Assembly: GCA_021789695.1 (NCBI GenBank)
Contig: JAJYJH010000010.1
Span: 6,240-70,239, forward strand
DNA length: 64,000 nt
Direction of reading: 5' to 3'
Origin: a bacterium
Lineage (GTDB): Bacteria; Elusimicrobiota; Elusimicrobia; Elusimicrobiales; UBA9959
The notes below the pieces were generated by a model. The model saw only the letters and a program-made list of their open reading frames with translations, did not search any database and was not told the DNA's origin. Below are positions 37,158 through 47,098 of the stretch, piece by piece; the stretch's first letter is position 1; each line of letters opens with the position of its first letter. Both the position numbers and the translations under genes were made by a program.

Positions 37158-37615
37158 AACTGGCCACGCTCTGCTACGTCCGCAGGAACGGCCGGACGCT
37201 TATGCTGCACCGCGTCAACAAGAAGAAGGACGACGTGCACGAGGGCAAATGGAACGGCCTCGGCGGCAAGTTCGAGCCGGGGGAAAGCCCGGAAGACTGC
37301 GTCAAGCGCGAGATCAGGGAGGAGTCAGGCCTGACCATCGCGGCCCCGGCCCTCAAGGGCGTGCTGACGTTCCCCGATTTCGCGCACGGAGAGGACTGGT
37401 ACGTCTTTGTCTTTACCGCCTCCGAATTCTCGGGGAAACTGTCCGATTCCCCGGAGGGGGAACTGAAATGGGTCCCGGACCGGGACCTGCTGGGACTGAA
37501 CCTCTGGGAGGGGGACAGGGTCTTCCTGCCGCTGCTGAAGAGACGCGGCCACTTCTCCGGCAAGTTCCACTACAGGAACGGCCGGCTGGTGCGCTGGTCA
37601 GTGGAAAAATACTGA
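37154..37615 (+). CDS. NUDIX hydrolase (MutT-like)
   Basis: Nudix box [34 protein letters not shown] overlap with cysK. Only the last 153 codons of track ORF 36452-37615 are taken as real. Confidence 0.8.
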   Translation: MKLATLCYVRRNGRTLMLHRVNKKKDDVHEGKWNGLGGKFEPGESPEDCVKREIREESGLTIAAPALKGVLTFPDFAHGEDWYVFVFTASEFSGKLSDSPEGELKWVPDRDLLGLNLWEGDRVFLPLLKRRGHFSGKFHYRNGRLVRWSVEKY

Positions 37616-37616
37616 T

Positions 37617-38726
37617 ATGAAGAAAGGACTGCTGCTGGGCCTGATGAGCGGTACTTCGGCCGACGGGCTTTCCATGGCCCTGTGCCGGCGCGGCTGGCGT
37701 AAACTCGAGGTTCTCAAGTTCGCTAACTACCTTTACTCCGCCGCGCTGCAGACCCGCATCATAGCCGCCAAGGGACTCAGGGCCCCAGAGCTCTCGGCGC
37801 TCAGTTTCGAGCTGGGTCGGCTCTGGGCGGGAATGGCGCGCCGTTTCTGCCGCGCCAATCGCGTGCCCTACCGCGACATCAAGGTAATAGGCTCTCACGG
37901 CCAGACCGTCTGGCACGCGCCCGGAGTTAACGGCCATACCCTCCAGATAGGCGAGGCGGCTTTCCTTGCCGAAGAAACCGGCCGCCCGGTGGTCTGCGAC
38001 TTCCGACCGGCAGACATGGCCGCCGGCGGAGAAGGCGCGCCTCTGATCCCGTTTATGGACGATTTTCTATTCGGCGTAGGCGCCCCGGCGGCGCTGCAGA
38101 ACATAGGCGGCATCGGCAACATCTCCTTCACCGGGAAGGGCGTAAGGACATTCGGTTTCGACACCGGGCCCGGCAACTCGCTGATGGACACCGCCATAGC
38201 GGAACTATCCGGAGGAGAGTTCCAGTACGACAGGGACGGCGCCTGGGCGGCCGCGGGGGTGCCGGACGTCAAAAAGGTATACTCGCTGCTGAAGGCCCCG
38301 TTCTTCCGCCGCAGACCGCCCAAATCGCTCGACCGCAGCGAGTACACTCTGGCCTTCATAAAAAGGAACTTCGGCGGGCTTTTCAACGCGCGCCGCTCGC
38401 GCGATCTGCTGGCCACACTTAACTTCTTCACGGCCGCCTCCATCTCTTTGGCTTTCCGGCGCTTCGCCCCGCGCGGCACGCGGGAGCTGATAGTCAGCGG
38501 CGGCGGGGCGCTGAATCCGGCGCTGATGGATAATCTCGCCGCGCTGCTGCTTCCCTCCGGGGTCCGCGTGCGCTCCATCGCCGAGCTCGGCATCCACCCG
38601 TTGGCCAAGGAGCCGGCCTGTTTCGCGCTGCTGGCCGACCTGGCCCTGCAGGGCAGGCCCAACAGTTGTCCCTCCGCCACCGGGGCGCGGGGCCCGCGCG
38701 TGCTGGGCAAACTGATCCGCCGATGA
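37617..38726 (+). CDS. anmK: anhydro-N-acetylmuramic acid kinase
   Basis: LLGLMSGTSADGL N-terminus, FRPADMAAGGEGAPL and FDTGPGNSLMD motifs. Confidence 0.85.
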   Translation: MKKGLLLGLMSGTSADGLSMALCRRGWRKLEVLKFANYLYSAALQTRIIAAKGLRAPELSALSFELGRLWAGMARRFCRANRVPYRDIKVIGSHGQTVWHAPGVNGHTLQIGEAAFLAEETGRPVVCDFRPADMAAGGEGAPLIPFMDDFLFGVGAPAALQNIGGIGNISFTGKGVRTFGFDTGPGNSLMDTAIAELSGGEFQYDRDGAWAAAGVPDVKKVYSLLKAPFFRRRPPKSLDRSEYTLAFIKRNFGGLFNARRSRDLLATLNFFTAASISLAFRRFAPRGTRELIVSGGGALNPALMDNLAALLLPSGVRVRSIAELGIHPLAKEPACFALLADLALQGRPNSCPSATGARGPRVLGKLIRR

Positions 38727-38727
38727 T

Positions 38728-40053
38728 ATGACCGCCGGCTCCGGGCAGGGCACGTTCTCGTTGATGCTGCGGGCCTTCAAGTACCGCAACTACCGCCTTT
38801 TCTTCGGCGGCCAAGGCGTTTCGCTGATAGGCACTTGGATGCAGCGCATCGCGCTGAGCTGGCTGGTCTACCGGCTGACCGGCTCGGCGATGCTGCTTGG
38901 CGTGGTCGGTTTCTCCGGCCAGATCCCCATTTTTCTGCTGGCTCCGTTCTCCGGCGTGCTGGCCGACCGCGTCGACCGCCACCGCATACTGGTGGTGACG
39001 CAGACGCTTTTTATGCTGCAGGCCTTCACTATGTCGTACCTCGTGCTCTCGCACAGGATACAGATCTGGGAGATCATAGCGATAAGCGTCTTCATCGGCC
39101 TGGTCAACGCTTTTGACATTCCTGCGCGCCAGTCGTTCGTGATAGATATGGTCACGCACAAGGAGGACCTTGGCAACGCTATAGCGCTAAATTCCTCGAT
39201 GTTCAACTCCGCCCGGCTGATAGGCCCGTCGGTGGCCGGCATCGTGATAGGGATCACCGGCGAGGGCGTCTGCTTCCTGATGGACGCCGTCAGTTACCTT
39301 GCCGTCATCGCTGCCCTGTTGGCGATGGACCCGATAGCCCCCGGGCCCAAGCGGCAGGAGGAAGCGGTGTTCACGCGTCTCAGGGAGGGCTTCGGCTACA
39401 CGTTCGGCTTCGCCCCCATAAAATTCGTCATCCTGCTGCTGGCCCTGACCAGCCTGACAGGCATGTCTTACACCGTGCTGATGCCGGTCTTCGTAAAGGA
39501 AACGCTGCGCAGCGGGGCCGGGACCATGGGCTTCCTGATGGCCTTCTCCGGGGCCGGGGCGCTGGTGGCAGCGGTCACGCTGGCCTCCCGCAGGAACGCG
39601 GCAGGCCTGGAAAAGCGCATCCCGCTGGCCGGCGTCATCTCCGGCTCCGGGCTTATCCTCCTCTCGCTTTCCCGCACCTTCCCTGCCGCCGCGGCCTTCA
39701 TCGCTCTAGCCAGTTTCGGTATGATCACGCAGATGGCCTCCTCGAACACCATCATTCAGACCTTGGTGGACGACGACAAGCGCGGCCGCGTTATGTCGAT
39801 CTACACGATGGCCTTCCTCGGCATGGCGCCGTTCGGCAGTTTCCTGGCAGGGTGGGCGGCCAGCCGTATCGGGGTGGAATACACTATAATGCTAAGCGGC
39901 GCGATGTCGCTGGCCGGAGCGGTCCTGTTCTCCGCCAGGCTGGGGGAAATACGGGAAAAGGCCAGGCCCGTCTACCAGCGCCTCGGAATAGTACCGGAGG
40001 TGGCCGCCGGCGTTGAGATCGCTTCCGAGCTGACCGCCCCGCCGGAGGACTAG
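38728..40053 (+). CDS. MFS transporter (MFS_3/EntS-like)
   Basis: 441 aa, 12 TM. N-terminal FKYRNYRLFFGGQGVSLIGTWMQRIALSWLVY pattern. Confidence 0.75.
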   Translation: MTAGSGQGTFSLMLRAFKYRNYRLFFGGQGVSLIGTWMQRIALSWLVYRLTGSAMLLGVVGFSGQIPIFLLAPFSGVLADRVDRHRILVVTQTLFMLQAFTMSYLVLSHRIQIWEIIAISVFIGLVNAFDIPARQSFVIDMVTHKEDLGNAIALNSSMFNSARLIGPSVAGIVIGITGEGVCFLMDAVSYLAVIAALLAMDPIAPGPKRQEEAVFTRLREGFGYTFGFAPIKFVILLLALTSLTGMSYTVLMPVFVKETLRSGAGTMGFLMAFSGAGALVAAVTLASRRNAAGLEKRIPLAGVISGSGLILLSLSRTFPAAAAFIALASFGMITQMASSNTIIQTLVDDDKRGRVMSIYTMAFLGMAPFGSFLAGWAASRIGVEYTIMLSGAMSLAGAVLFSARLGEIREKARPVYQRLGIVPEVAAGVEIASELTAPPED

Positions 40054-40098
40054 CCTGACGGGGCGGCCCGCCGCGAAAGTTTTGTAGAATTTCCTGAC

Positions 40099-41169
40099 AT
40101 GCACAGACGCGAACGAATGCGCCTTTCAGGCGATATCGACGCTATCCTCAAGAAGGTCTCTCGCACCCTTTATCTGAGCGTGGCCGTTCTGCCGGAGCCG
40201 GTGCGCAGCAGCATGGGGCTTGGCTACCTGCTCTGCCGCGCTCTGGACACCGCGGTAGACACCCCAGGAATTTCCGCCGGGCATAAACTTAAACTGCTTT
40301 CCTTAGCCAGGGATCTGGGAAAGGAGAGTTCCCGCGGGGAACTGCTCTCCGGCCTGCGCGCGCTTTCCTCTCAGCCTGCGCCGAAAGGGGAACGGGAACT
40401 GCTGGCCAGGTTCGGCGACGTGCTGGCCATGTTTGCCGCGCTGCCTGAACCGGAGCGGCCGGCCTTCACCGACCTGGTGTCCGGTGTGGCCTCCGGCATG
40501 GAGATGGACGTAGTCTCGTTCCCCGGAGGCAGGCCGTCGGCCTTTCCTGCCGCGGCCGACCTTGAGCGCTACTGCGGCCTCATCGGCGGGGAGCCCGGCA
40601 GGTTCTGGGCGCGTCTCTACCGCGAGGCTATCAGGAGCTCCAACCGCCGTTGGGGCAATCTGCCGTCCGAGGCGGACGCGGCCATGATAGGCGCCGCCCT
40701 GCAGATTACCAATATCCTGAAGGACATGTCTTATGACCTGAGCATAGGGCGCTGTTATATCCCGCAGGAGGACCTGGATACACAGAACCTTCGCCCTGCG
40801 GACCTGCTGGACCCGGCCAGAATGGAACGTCTGCGCGAGATATCAGTGAAGTGGATCTACTGGGCGCTGGACCGCCTGGACCTGTGCGAGAGTTTCGTCT
40901 CCTCCATCCCGAAGACCGAGCTGTCTCTGCGGGCGGCGGTAATCTGGCCGGTGTACTGGGCCATGGACACGCTGGCGGAGGTCGTACTGGCCAACCTGCT
41001 GGACCCTGAGGCCAGGCCCAAGGTTAAGCGCCGCCGCATCTACTTTACTCTCGCCGCCACGCCGCCGCTGCTGTTGAGCAATACGGCTTTTGCGCGCGGC
41101 TACCGTTTCCGGCGGGAAACGTTGATAAGCTCGCTGACCGGCGGGAATTTCGAAGGCCGCGCGCTGTAA
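40099..41169 (+). CDS. squalene/phytoene synthase family protein
   Basis: Two Asp-rich motifs (LDTAVD; NILKDMSYD) and an SRTLYLSVAVLP N-terminal motif. Confidence 0.75.
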   Translation: MHRRERMRLSGDIDAILKKVSRTLYLSVAVLPEPVRSSMGLGYLLCRALDTAVDTPGISAGHKLKLLSLARDLGKESSRGELLSGLRALSSQPAPKGERELLARFGDVLAMFAALPEPERPAFTDLVSGVASGMEMDVVSFPGGRPSAFPAAADLERYCGLIGGEPGRFWARLYREAIRSSNRRWGNLPSEADAAMIGAALQITNILKDMSYDLSIGRCYIPQEDLDTQNLRPADLLDPARMERLREISVKWIYWALDRLDLCESFVSSIPKTELSLRAAVIWPVYWAMDTLAEVVLANLLDPEARPKVKRRRIYFTLAATPPLLLSNTAFARGYRFRRETLISSLTGGNFEGRAL

Positions 41170-41187
41170 CTTTTTCAGTCGGAGGGA

Positions 41188-41219
41188 TAAAAAAGCCCCG
41201 GCGTGCCGGGGCTTTTTTT
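41188..41219. terminator. bidirectional rho-independent terminator
   Basis: A6-GCCCCGG-cgtg-CCGGGGC-T7 between convergent genes. Confidence 0.7.
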
Positions 41220-41233
41220 GTAGGGGACGCGGG

Positions 41234-42583
41234 TCAGTCGCCGTAATCCTGCCGGTACTTACGGTACTTGTAGGCGAACTTGGCCTGCTTGCCGGCGGGA
41301 AGAGGCTCGTCGCTCCATTCGAACTCTCTGTCGGCTATCCTGACGGCGTTTCCGGCCTCCGCGCCCGCCTTCTTCAGGGCTTTATCCAGGCCTATAGCCC
41401 TGAGGATCCTCCTGAGCCTGTCCCAGGAGTCCGGCTGCGAGAAGTTGGTCATCGCTATAAGCTTCTCTATCTTGGCCCCGCTGACTACGAATGCGCCGGT
41501 GTGGTCCTTGGCCACCCGGAAGCCTTCCTCCGGCCTGCGGAAAACCGCCGCCCCTTCGGAGGCTTGGTAGAGGTCCTTCTCCTTTATGGAAGGGAGCAGT
41601 TTTATGATTTTGTCCAGCAGCTTGACGAGGCCCTTGCCCGTGGCGGCCGAGATCAGGAAAACCTCGCGCCCCTTGAATTTCTTTTGTAGCAACGCCTGCA
41701 CTTCGGCCGCTCCGGGCAGGTCAGACTTGTTGACGGCCAGCAATGCGGTCTTCCTGGCCAGCAGCGGGTGGAACTGTTTGAGTTCCTTCTCTATCACGCG
41801 CACGGCCTTTTCGGGTTTCAGCCCGCCGAAGCCGGCCGGGTCCACCAGGTGTACCAGCAGCTTGGTGCGCAGCACGTGCTTAAGGAACAGGTCCCCCAGC
41901 CCCTTGCCCTCGTGCGCGCCCTCAATCAGGCCGGGAATGTCGGCCGCGGCGAAACTTTTCCCCTTGTGGGCCACCATGCCGATGTTGGGGTTCAGGGTGG
42001 TGAAGGGATAGTCCGCTATCTTCGGCCTCGCCGCCGATACGGCCGAGAGGAAAGTGGACTTGCCTGCGTTGGGAAATCCGACCAGCCCAACGTCGGCCAG
42101 CACGCTGAGTTCAAGCCAGGCCTCGTACTCGTCTCCCGGTTCTCCGTTCTCGGAAATCTTCGGAGCCGTGTTGAACCTGGTCTTGAAGGCGGTGTTGCCG
42201 CGCCCTCCGCGGCCGCCCTTTGCCGCCAGGAAGCGCTGGCCGTCCTCTTTCAGGTCCGCAAGCGCCGCGCCGTCGCGTTTTATGACCGTGCCGAGGGGGA
42301 CGTAAAGGGTCTTATCCTCGCCGTCGGCGCCGTCCCGGCGGTTGCCGCCTCCGGGGGAACCGTCGCCTGCGGTGATGTGGGGATGGAAGGCTATCTCGCG
42401 CAGCGTCGTGATGTTGGACGACGCCACGAACCAGACGCTGCCTCCCCTGCCGCCGTGCCCGCCGTCCGGGCCTCCGTACGGGATGTACTTCTCCCTGCGG
42501 AAGGAGGACGAGCCGTTGCCGCCCTTTCCCGCCTTTAGAAAGATGTGCGCCGTATCTATGAAAGCCGCTTCTCTGTTTGCCAT
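41234..42583 (-). CDS. obg: GTPase Obg/CgtA (with C-terminal OCT domain)
   Basis: FIDTAHIFLKAGKGGNGSSSFRREKYIPYGGPDGGHGGRGG, G1 GFPNAGKST, G3 DIPGLIEGA, G4 NKSD. Start trimmed to ATG 42583. Confidence 0.9.
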   Translation of the reverse strand: MANREAAFIDTAHIFLKAGKGGNGSSSFRREKYIPYGGPDGGHGGRGGSVWFVASSNITTLREIAFHPHITAGDGSPGGGNRRDGADGEDKTLYVPLGTVIKRDGAALADLKEDGQRFLAAKGGRGGRGNTAFKTRFNTAPKISENGEPGDEYEAWLELSVLADVGLVGFPNAGKSTFLSAVSAARPKIADYPFTTLNPNIGMVAHKGKSFAAADIPGLIEGAHEGKGLGDLFLKHVLRTKLLVHLVDPAGFGGLKPEKAVRVIEKELKQFHPLLARKTALLAVNKSDLPGAAEVQALLQKKFKGREVFLISAATGKGLVKLLDKIIKLLPSIKEKDLYQASEGAAVFRRPEEGFRVAKDHTGAFVVSGAKIEKLIAMTNFSQPDSWDRLRRILRAIGLDKALKKAGAEAGNAVRIADREFEWSDEPLPAGKQAKFAYKYRKYRQDYGD

Positions 42584-42641
42584 GTTATAATAAAAAACCT
42601 CCCGAACGCCGCGCGCCCGGGAGGTCTTTCCCTTTGGAAGA

Positions 42642-42902
42642 TTACTTCGCGGGGGGGTAAACGCTGATCTGCTTCTTGCCGCGTTTGGCCCACTCAAACT
42701 TTACCGTGCCGGAGACGATCGCGAACAGCGTGTCGTCTGACGCCCGCCTGACATTGGCGCCCGGCAGGAACTTGGTGCCGCGCTGGCGGACCAGTATTTC
42801 TCCCGCGTTGACCGTCTGCATGCCGTAGCGTTTTACGCCAAGGCGCTGGCCGGGGCTGTTACGGCCGTTGCTGGTTGAACCTTGTCCTTTGGTATGCGCC
42901 AT
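42642..42902 (-). CDS. rpmA: 50S ribosomal protein L27
   Basis: [27 protein letters not shown]... Confidence 0.95.
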   Translation of the reverse strand: MAHTKGQGSTSNGRNSPGQRLGVKRYGMQTVNAGEILVRQRGTKFLPGANVRRASDDTLFAIVSGTVKFEWAKRGKKQISVYPPAK

Positions 42903-42947
42903 AGTATCCTCTGTTGTTTAATGCCGCGGGGCGGCGGGGCCAAAAAC

Positions 42948-43259
42948 TTAAGACAGTTGAATGTCCTTCACTTCTATCTCGGTGAGTTCCTGGCGGTGGC
43001 CCGAAGCCTTTTCGTAGGCTTTCTTGGTTTTCTTATGGTAAACTATTATTTTTGGGCCTTTGAGATGCCGGATGATCCGGGCGGTAACCTTGGCAGCGGG
43101 AGACTTGGCGACCGAGGCGCTCTTTTCGTCCTGCGAGGCAGACCACAGCGCCTTGAAGGTCACTTCCGCGCCTTCCTGAGCCGTGAGCTTTTCAACCTGC
43201 AGGATCTCGCCCGGGACTACCCAGTACTGCTTGCCGCCTGTTTCAATGATAGCGTACAT
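42948..43259 (-). CDS. rplU: 50S ribosomal protein L21
   Basis: MYAIIETGGKQYWVVPGEILQVEKL... Confidence 0.95.
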   Translation of the reverse strand: MYAIIETGGKQYWVVPGEILQVEKLTAQEGAEVTFKALWSASQDEKSASVAKSPAAKVTARIIRHLKGPKIIVYHKKTKKAYEKASGHRQELTEIEVKDIQLS

Positions 43260-43533
43260 AGTGGATATATGTTAGCAAAAAATACGTGGGCAGGCAATAA
43301 AAAACTGCCGCGCCCCTCGTTTTACTCCCTCCGGCGGTAGACGCGCAGTCCGGCGACGCGGAACATTACGGAAAGGGCGAAGTTAAGGAGAAGGATAGAA
43401 GCGGTTTACCATCCGGGGAAGGGACTACCGTTTACGATAATTAAAGTTTCCCTAAAACCGGGCAAAAGAGACGTCCTTTTGCTTTGGCCAGGGCATAATT
43501 AATAGAATAACCCGAGATAGTGACGGAGGCTAG

Positions 43534-44226
43534 TTGATGATAGACTATATTTTGGACCCTTTCGTCCAGCCGGTGCTGGACCTTTGGCAAAGATTATCCG
43601 CCTACCTGCCACGTTTCGTGGCCGCCTTCGCCTTCGTCCTGTTCGGCCTCTTCGCGGCGCGCATAGTAAGTTCGCTGCTGGAGCAGTTTCTGCGCAGGAT
43701 GAAGCTGGACAGCTATACCAGCCGCGTCGGGATCAACGAGGTCTGCATACGGCTTGGCTTCGGCAAGTCGGTGGCGCACGTGCTCTCCTTTATCGTTTAC
43801 TGGGGGCTGCTGCTGGTCTTCCTGGTGACGGCGGCCGATATCCTCAACCTGCACGCCATTTCGCAGATCATGAACGCTTTTATCCTGGGCTTCCTGCCTA
43901 AACTGGCGGCCGCGATCTTCATCGGCTTCGGCGGGCTGATGTTCGCGCGGTTCATGGCCGACGTGGTCCTGAGCGCCGCCACGGCCAATAACCTCAAGGG
44001 CGGCGGTTCCCTTTCCAAGATCGTCAACTTCGTCATCATCGTCTTCACGCTGATAGTCGCCATAGAGCAGCTCGGCATAGAGATGAAGATGATACGCAGC
44101 GGCGTAAATATATTGTTCGCCTCTATGGGCCTGGCCTTCGCTATAGCCGTAGGCCTGGGGGCAAAAGACCTGGCTCACGACGTAATAAAAGGCATGTTTA
44201 CCGAGAGCAGGGACGAAAAAAAGTAG
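43534..44226 (+). CDS. membrane protein with conserved TM-helix repeats (mechanosensitive-channel-related)
   Basis: 230 aa with four to five TM segments. GGAGG lies upstream. The start may be ATG 43537 rather than TTG 43534. Confidence 0.55.
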   Translation: MMIDYILDPFVQPVLDLWQRLSAYLPRFVAAFAFVLFGLFAARIVSSLLEQFLRRMKLDSYTSRVGINEVCIRLGFGKSVAHVLSFIVYWGLLLVFLVTAADILNLHAISQIMNAFILGFLPKLAAAIFIGFGGLMFARFMADVVLSAATANNLKGGGSLSKIVNFVIIVFTLIVAIEQLGIEMKMIRSGVNILFASMGLAFAIAVGLGAKDLAHDVIKGMFTESRDEKK

Positions 44227-44248
44227 CCTCGTACGGCCTCTCCAGGAA

Positions 44249-44272
44249 GCCCCGGCGCGCCGGGGCTTTTTT
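44249..44272 (+). terminator. rho-independent terminator
   Basis: GCCCCGG-cgcg-CCGGGGC followed by T6. Confidence 0.7.
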
Positions 44273-44378
44273 GTGTGAGAGCGCGGCCTTCCCGGCTGGC
44301 GCAACTGTTTTTGTCCTTAAAAAGCGCTAAAATATATCCGGAAACCGCTATGACTCCTGGCCTTTCAAGGAATTATTT

Positions 44379-45290
44379 ATGCTCAACAAGATGATCGTCG
44401 GGATGCTGCCTTACATGCCTAAGAGTTCCGTCTGGCTTTTCTCAAAACGCTATGTCGCCGGAGAGACCGTGGACGACGCGGTCAGGGCCTGCCGTGAGTT
44501 GAACGCCGGCGGCATAAAGATTACGCTGGACCTGCTGGGGGAGTTCATCTCCGACCTGGCGGAGGCGGAGCGCAACAAACAGGAGTACCTGCGCATTATC
44601 GAGCGCGTGCAGGGTGAGAAACTGGACGGTAACTATTCGCTGAAGCCTACCAGCTTCGGCCTGCTGCTGGACAAGGAGGTCTGCTACCGGCACATCCGCG
44701 AGATAGTCGCCAAGGCGGCCTCTTATGGCAGCTTTGTGCGGGTCGACATGGAGGACTCCTCCTGCACCTCTTCCGAGATAGAAATCTTCCGCCGGCTGAA
44801 GGCCGAATTCCCGAAGAACGTAGGGCTGGTGCTGCAGGCTTACCTCAGGCGCACGCTGAAGGACATAGAGGATATGCGCGGCCTCAACGCGCCCGGAGTT
44901 CCGGTCAATTTCAGGCTTTGCAAGGGCATCTACGTGGAGCCTGAGAGCGTGGCCTTCAAGGACCACGACGAGGTGAACCGTCATTACCTGGAGGACCTGG
45001 AGGCCATGCTGAAATACGGCATGTATCCCGCCATCGCCACCCACGACAAGGCCCTGGTGCAGGGGGCTTTCGCGCTGCTTGAAAAATACAGGCTGCCCAG
45101 GGCCAGCTACGAGTTCCAGATGCTTTACGGGGTCACCCCGGAACTGCGCCGGACCATCTTGGAAAAGGGACACCCGATGAGAGTCTACGTGCCGTTCGGC
45201 CGGCAGTGGTTCGGCTACTGCTCGCGCAGGCTGAAGGAGAACCCGAAGATAGCCTCGCAGGTCATCAAGGCCCTGTTCGTCAGGGGCTGA
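44379..45290 (+). CDS. proline dehydrogenase (monofunctional PutA-like)
   Basis: 303 aa. YVAGETVDDAV..., VRVDMEDS..., QMLYGV..., YVPFG..WFGYCSRRLKENP motifs. Confidence 0.85.
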   Translation: MLNKMIVGMLPYMPKSSVWLFSKRYVAGETVDDAVRACRELNAGGIKITLDLLGEFISDLAEAERNKQEYLRIIERVQGEKLDGNYSLKPTSFGLLLDKEVCYRHIREIVAKAASYGSFVRVDMEDSSCTSSEIEIFRRLKAEFPKNVGLVLQAYLRRTLKDIEDMRGLNAPGVPVNFRLCKGIYVEPESVAFKDHDEVNRHYLEDLEAMLKYGMYPAIATHDKALVQGAFALLEKYRLPRASYEFQMLYGVTPELRRTILEKGHPMRVYVPFGRQWFGYCSRRLKENPKIASQVIKALFVRG

Positions 45291-45314
45291 GCGCGGCCAG
45301 GCCGCGCGGGCATG

Positions 45315-45345
45315 AAAAAACCCGGGAGAGGCTCCCGGGTTTTTT
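45315..45345. terminator. bidirectional rho-independent terminator
   Basis: A6-CCCGGGAG-agg-CTCCCGGG-T6 between convergent proline dehydrogenase and rpoD. Confidence 0.7.
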
Positions 45346-45363
45346 GCCATAGGCCTCAGGCCC

Positions 45364-47073
45364 TTAGTCCAGGTAGTCCCTGAGCATCTTACTGCGGGAC
45401 GGGTGGCGCAGCTTGCGGATAGCCTTAGCCTCTATCTGGCGCACGCGCTCGCGCGTGACGCGGAAGATCTTGCCCACCTCTTCGAGCGTGCGCGGGTAGC
45501 CGGTCTCGATGCCGAAGCGCAGTTTTATTATCTTTGCCTCGCGTTCGGTCAGCGTGTCGAGGATCTTCGTCACCTCGCGGCGCCGCAGCAGGTCCACGGC
45601 GGAGTTGGACGGCGGCAGGCCGGCCTTGTCCTCAATGAAGTCCTCGAGGTGCGAGTCCTCGTCCTCGCCGATAGGCGTGGACAGGGAGATCGGGTCCTGC
45701 ATGATCTTCAGGGCGTTCTTCACCTTGTCCATCGAGATGTGCATGTGCTTGGAGTACTCCTCGATCTGCGGATCGCGGCCGAACTCCTGGCGGTACTTGC
45801 GCGTAACCTTCATCAGCTTGCTGACCAGCTCCTTCATGTGCACCGGGATGCGGATCGTGCGGGCCTGGTCGGCTATCGCGCGGTTGATGCTCTGGCGGAT
45901 CCACCAGGTGGCGTAGGTGGAGAACTTGAAGCCGCGCTTGTACTCGAACTTCTCCACGGCCTTCATCAAACCGAGGCCGCCTTCCTGGATCAGGTCGGAC
46001 AGCTCGAGGTTGGAGTTCACGTGCTTCTTGGCTATCGACACGACGAGGCGCAGGTTCGCCTTGATCAGCTTCAGCTTGTCCTGCAGGATCTGGTCCTCGA
46101 GGAACGTGATCTTGTCGTTCAGGGACATGAAGTCGTCGGGGTTGATTGGCAGCGTGCGTGCCAGGTGACGTTCTCGTTCGCGCACGGCCCTGACGTTCTC
46201 CAGCGCGGCCTCGACCTCGTTGGGGTTGTAGCCCCACTTGCTCTTGAACGCGGCCGGCTTCAAGCGGCCGCGCCCGAAGAGGTCGTGGTCCTGCTGCATC
46301 TTTTCCAGGTCCCCGTAGATTTTCTGGTACTTTTCTAGTTCCAGGCGGTACTCGCGTACTTTGTGCGCCAGGTTCTTGATCTTATTGGTAAGGCGTTTGA
46401 TCTTCTCCTGATTCAGGTTCAGGTTAATGATATTCTTGACGATGTCCTTGCGCTTCTTGTCGACCATCGCGCCCAGTTTCTTGCGCATCTCGTTGGAAAC
46501 GCCGGGGCGCGCCGCGCGCTCGTCCAGCTTGGCGATCGCCCTCTCGCTGCGGGTGATCAGCTGCGCGATGTTCTTCATCTTGCGCTTCATCGCCGAGAGT
46601 TCCTGGTTGGACTTGCGGCCGCGGGGCATCAGCTCCTTGGTCGTCATCTCGTCCTGCTCGATCAGCGTTTCCCAGTTGCGGATCTCTCGCATCGTGATCG
46701 GGGATTCCAGCACCAGCATGCGCAGCTCGCGCTCGCGCTCGCGGATGTTGCGGGCCAGCGTGACCTCCTCGTCGCGGGTCAGCAGCGGCACCTTGCCCAT
46801 CTCGGACAAGTACATGCGTATGGAGTTGGACACGTCGGGGGTCGCGCTCCATTCCTCGGTGTAGGCCTCGCGCTCGGAGGCGGCCACCATCTTGAACTTC
46901 TTGCGGTCGACGACCTCGATGCCGAGGTCCTCCAGCGTGCCCATCAGCGTGTCTATTTCCTCGCTCGACATTGACGCGTTGGTCAGCGAGCGGTTCATCT
47001 CCTCGAGGGTAATGTAGCCGTGCTCCTTGCCCAGTTCAACCAGGTCGCGTAAAGCTTTCTTAGGCTGTGCCAT
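45364..47073 (-). CDS. rpoD: RNA polymerase primary sigma factor
   Basis: 569 aa. Regions 1.1 to 4.2 are recognisable ([57 protein letters not shown]). Confidence 0.95.
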   Translation of the reverse strand: MAQPKKALRDLVELGKEHGYITLEEMNRSLTNASMSSEEIDTLMGTLEDLGIEVVDRKKFKMVAASEREAYTEEWSATPDVSNSIRMYLSEMGKVPLLTRDEEVTLARNIRERERELRMLVLESPITMREIRNWETLIEQDEMTTKELMPRGRKSNQELSAMKRKMKNIAQLITRSERAIAKLDERAARPGVSNEMRKKLGAMVDKKRKDIVKNIINLNLNQEKIKRLTNKIKNLAHKVREYRLELEKYQKIYGDLEKMQQDHDLFGRGRLKPAAFKSKWGYNPNEVEAALENVRAVRERERHLARTLPINPDDFMSLNDKITFLEDQILQDKLKLIKANLRLVVSIAKKHVNSNLELSDLIQEGGLGLMKAVEKFEYKRGFKFSTYATWWIRQSINRAIADQARTIRIPVHMKELVSKLMKVTRKYRQEFGRDPQIEEYSKHMHISMDKVKNALKIMQDPISLSTPIGEDEDSHLEDFIEDKAGLPPSNSAVDLLRRREVTKILDTLTEREAKIIKLRFGIETGYPRTLEEVGKIFRVTRERVRQIEAKAIRKLRHPSRSKMLRDYLD

Positions 47074-47098
47074 CTTGTTCTCCTGTCTGCGTTCCTTT

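Noticed and set aside
36452-37615. 387-aa ORF spanning cysK in another frame.
   Set aside because: The upstream 234 codons are an Arg/Gly-rich shadow of cysK. Only the last 153 codons, from ATG 37154, carry the Nudix box.
43478-43508. TTGCTT ... TAGAAT promoter upstream of the 43534 membrane-protein gene.
   Set aside because: The spacer is 19 nt, and alternative -10 or -35 pairings are poor. That is not good enough to report.
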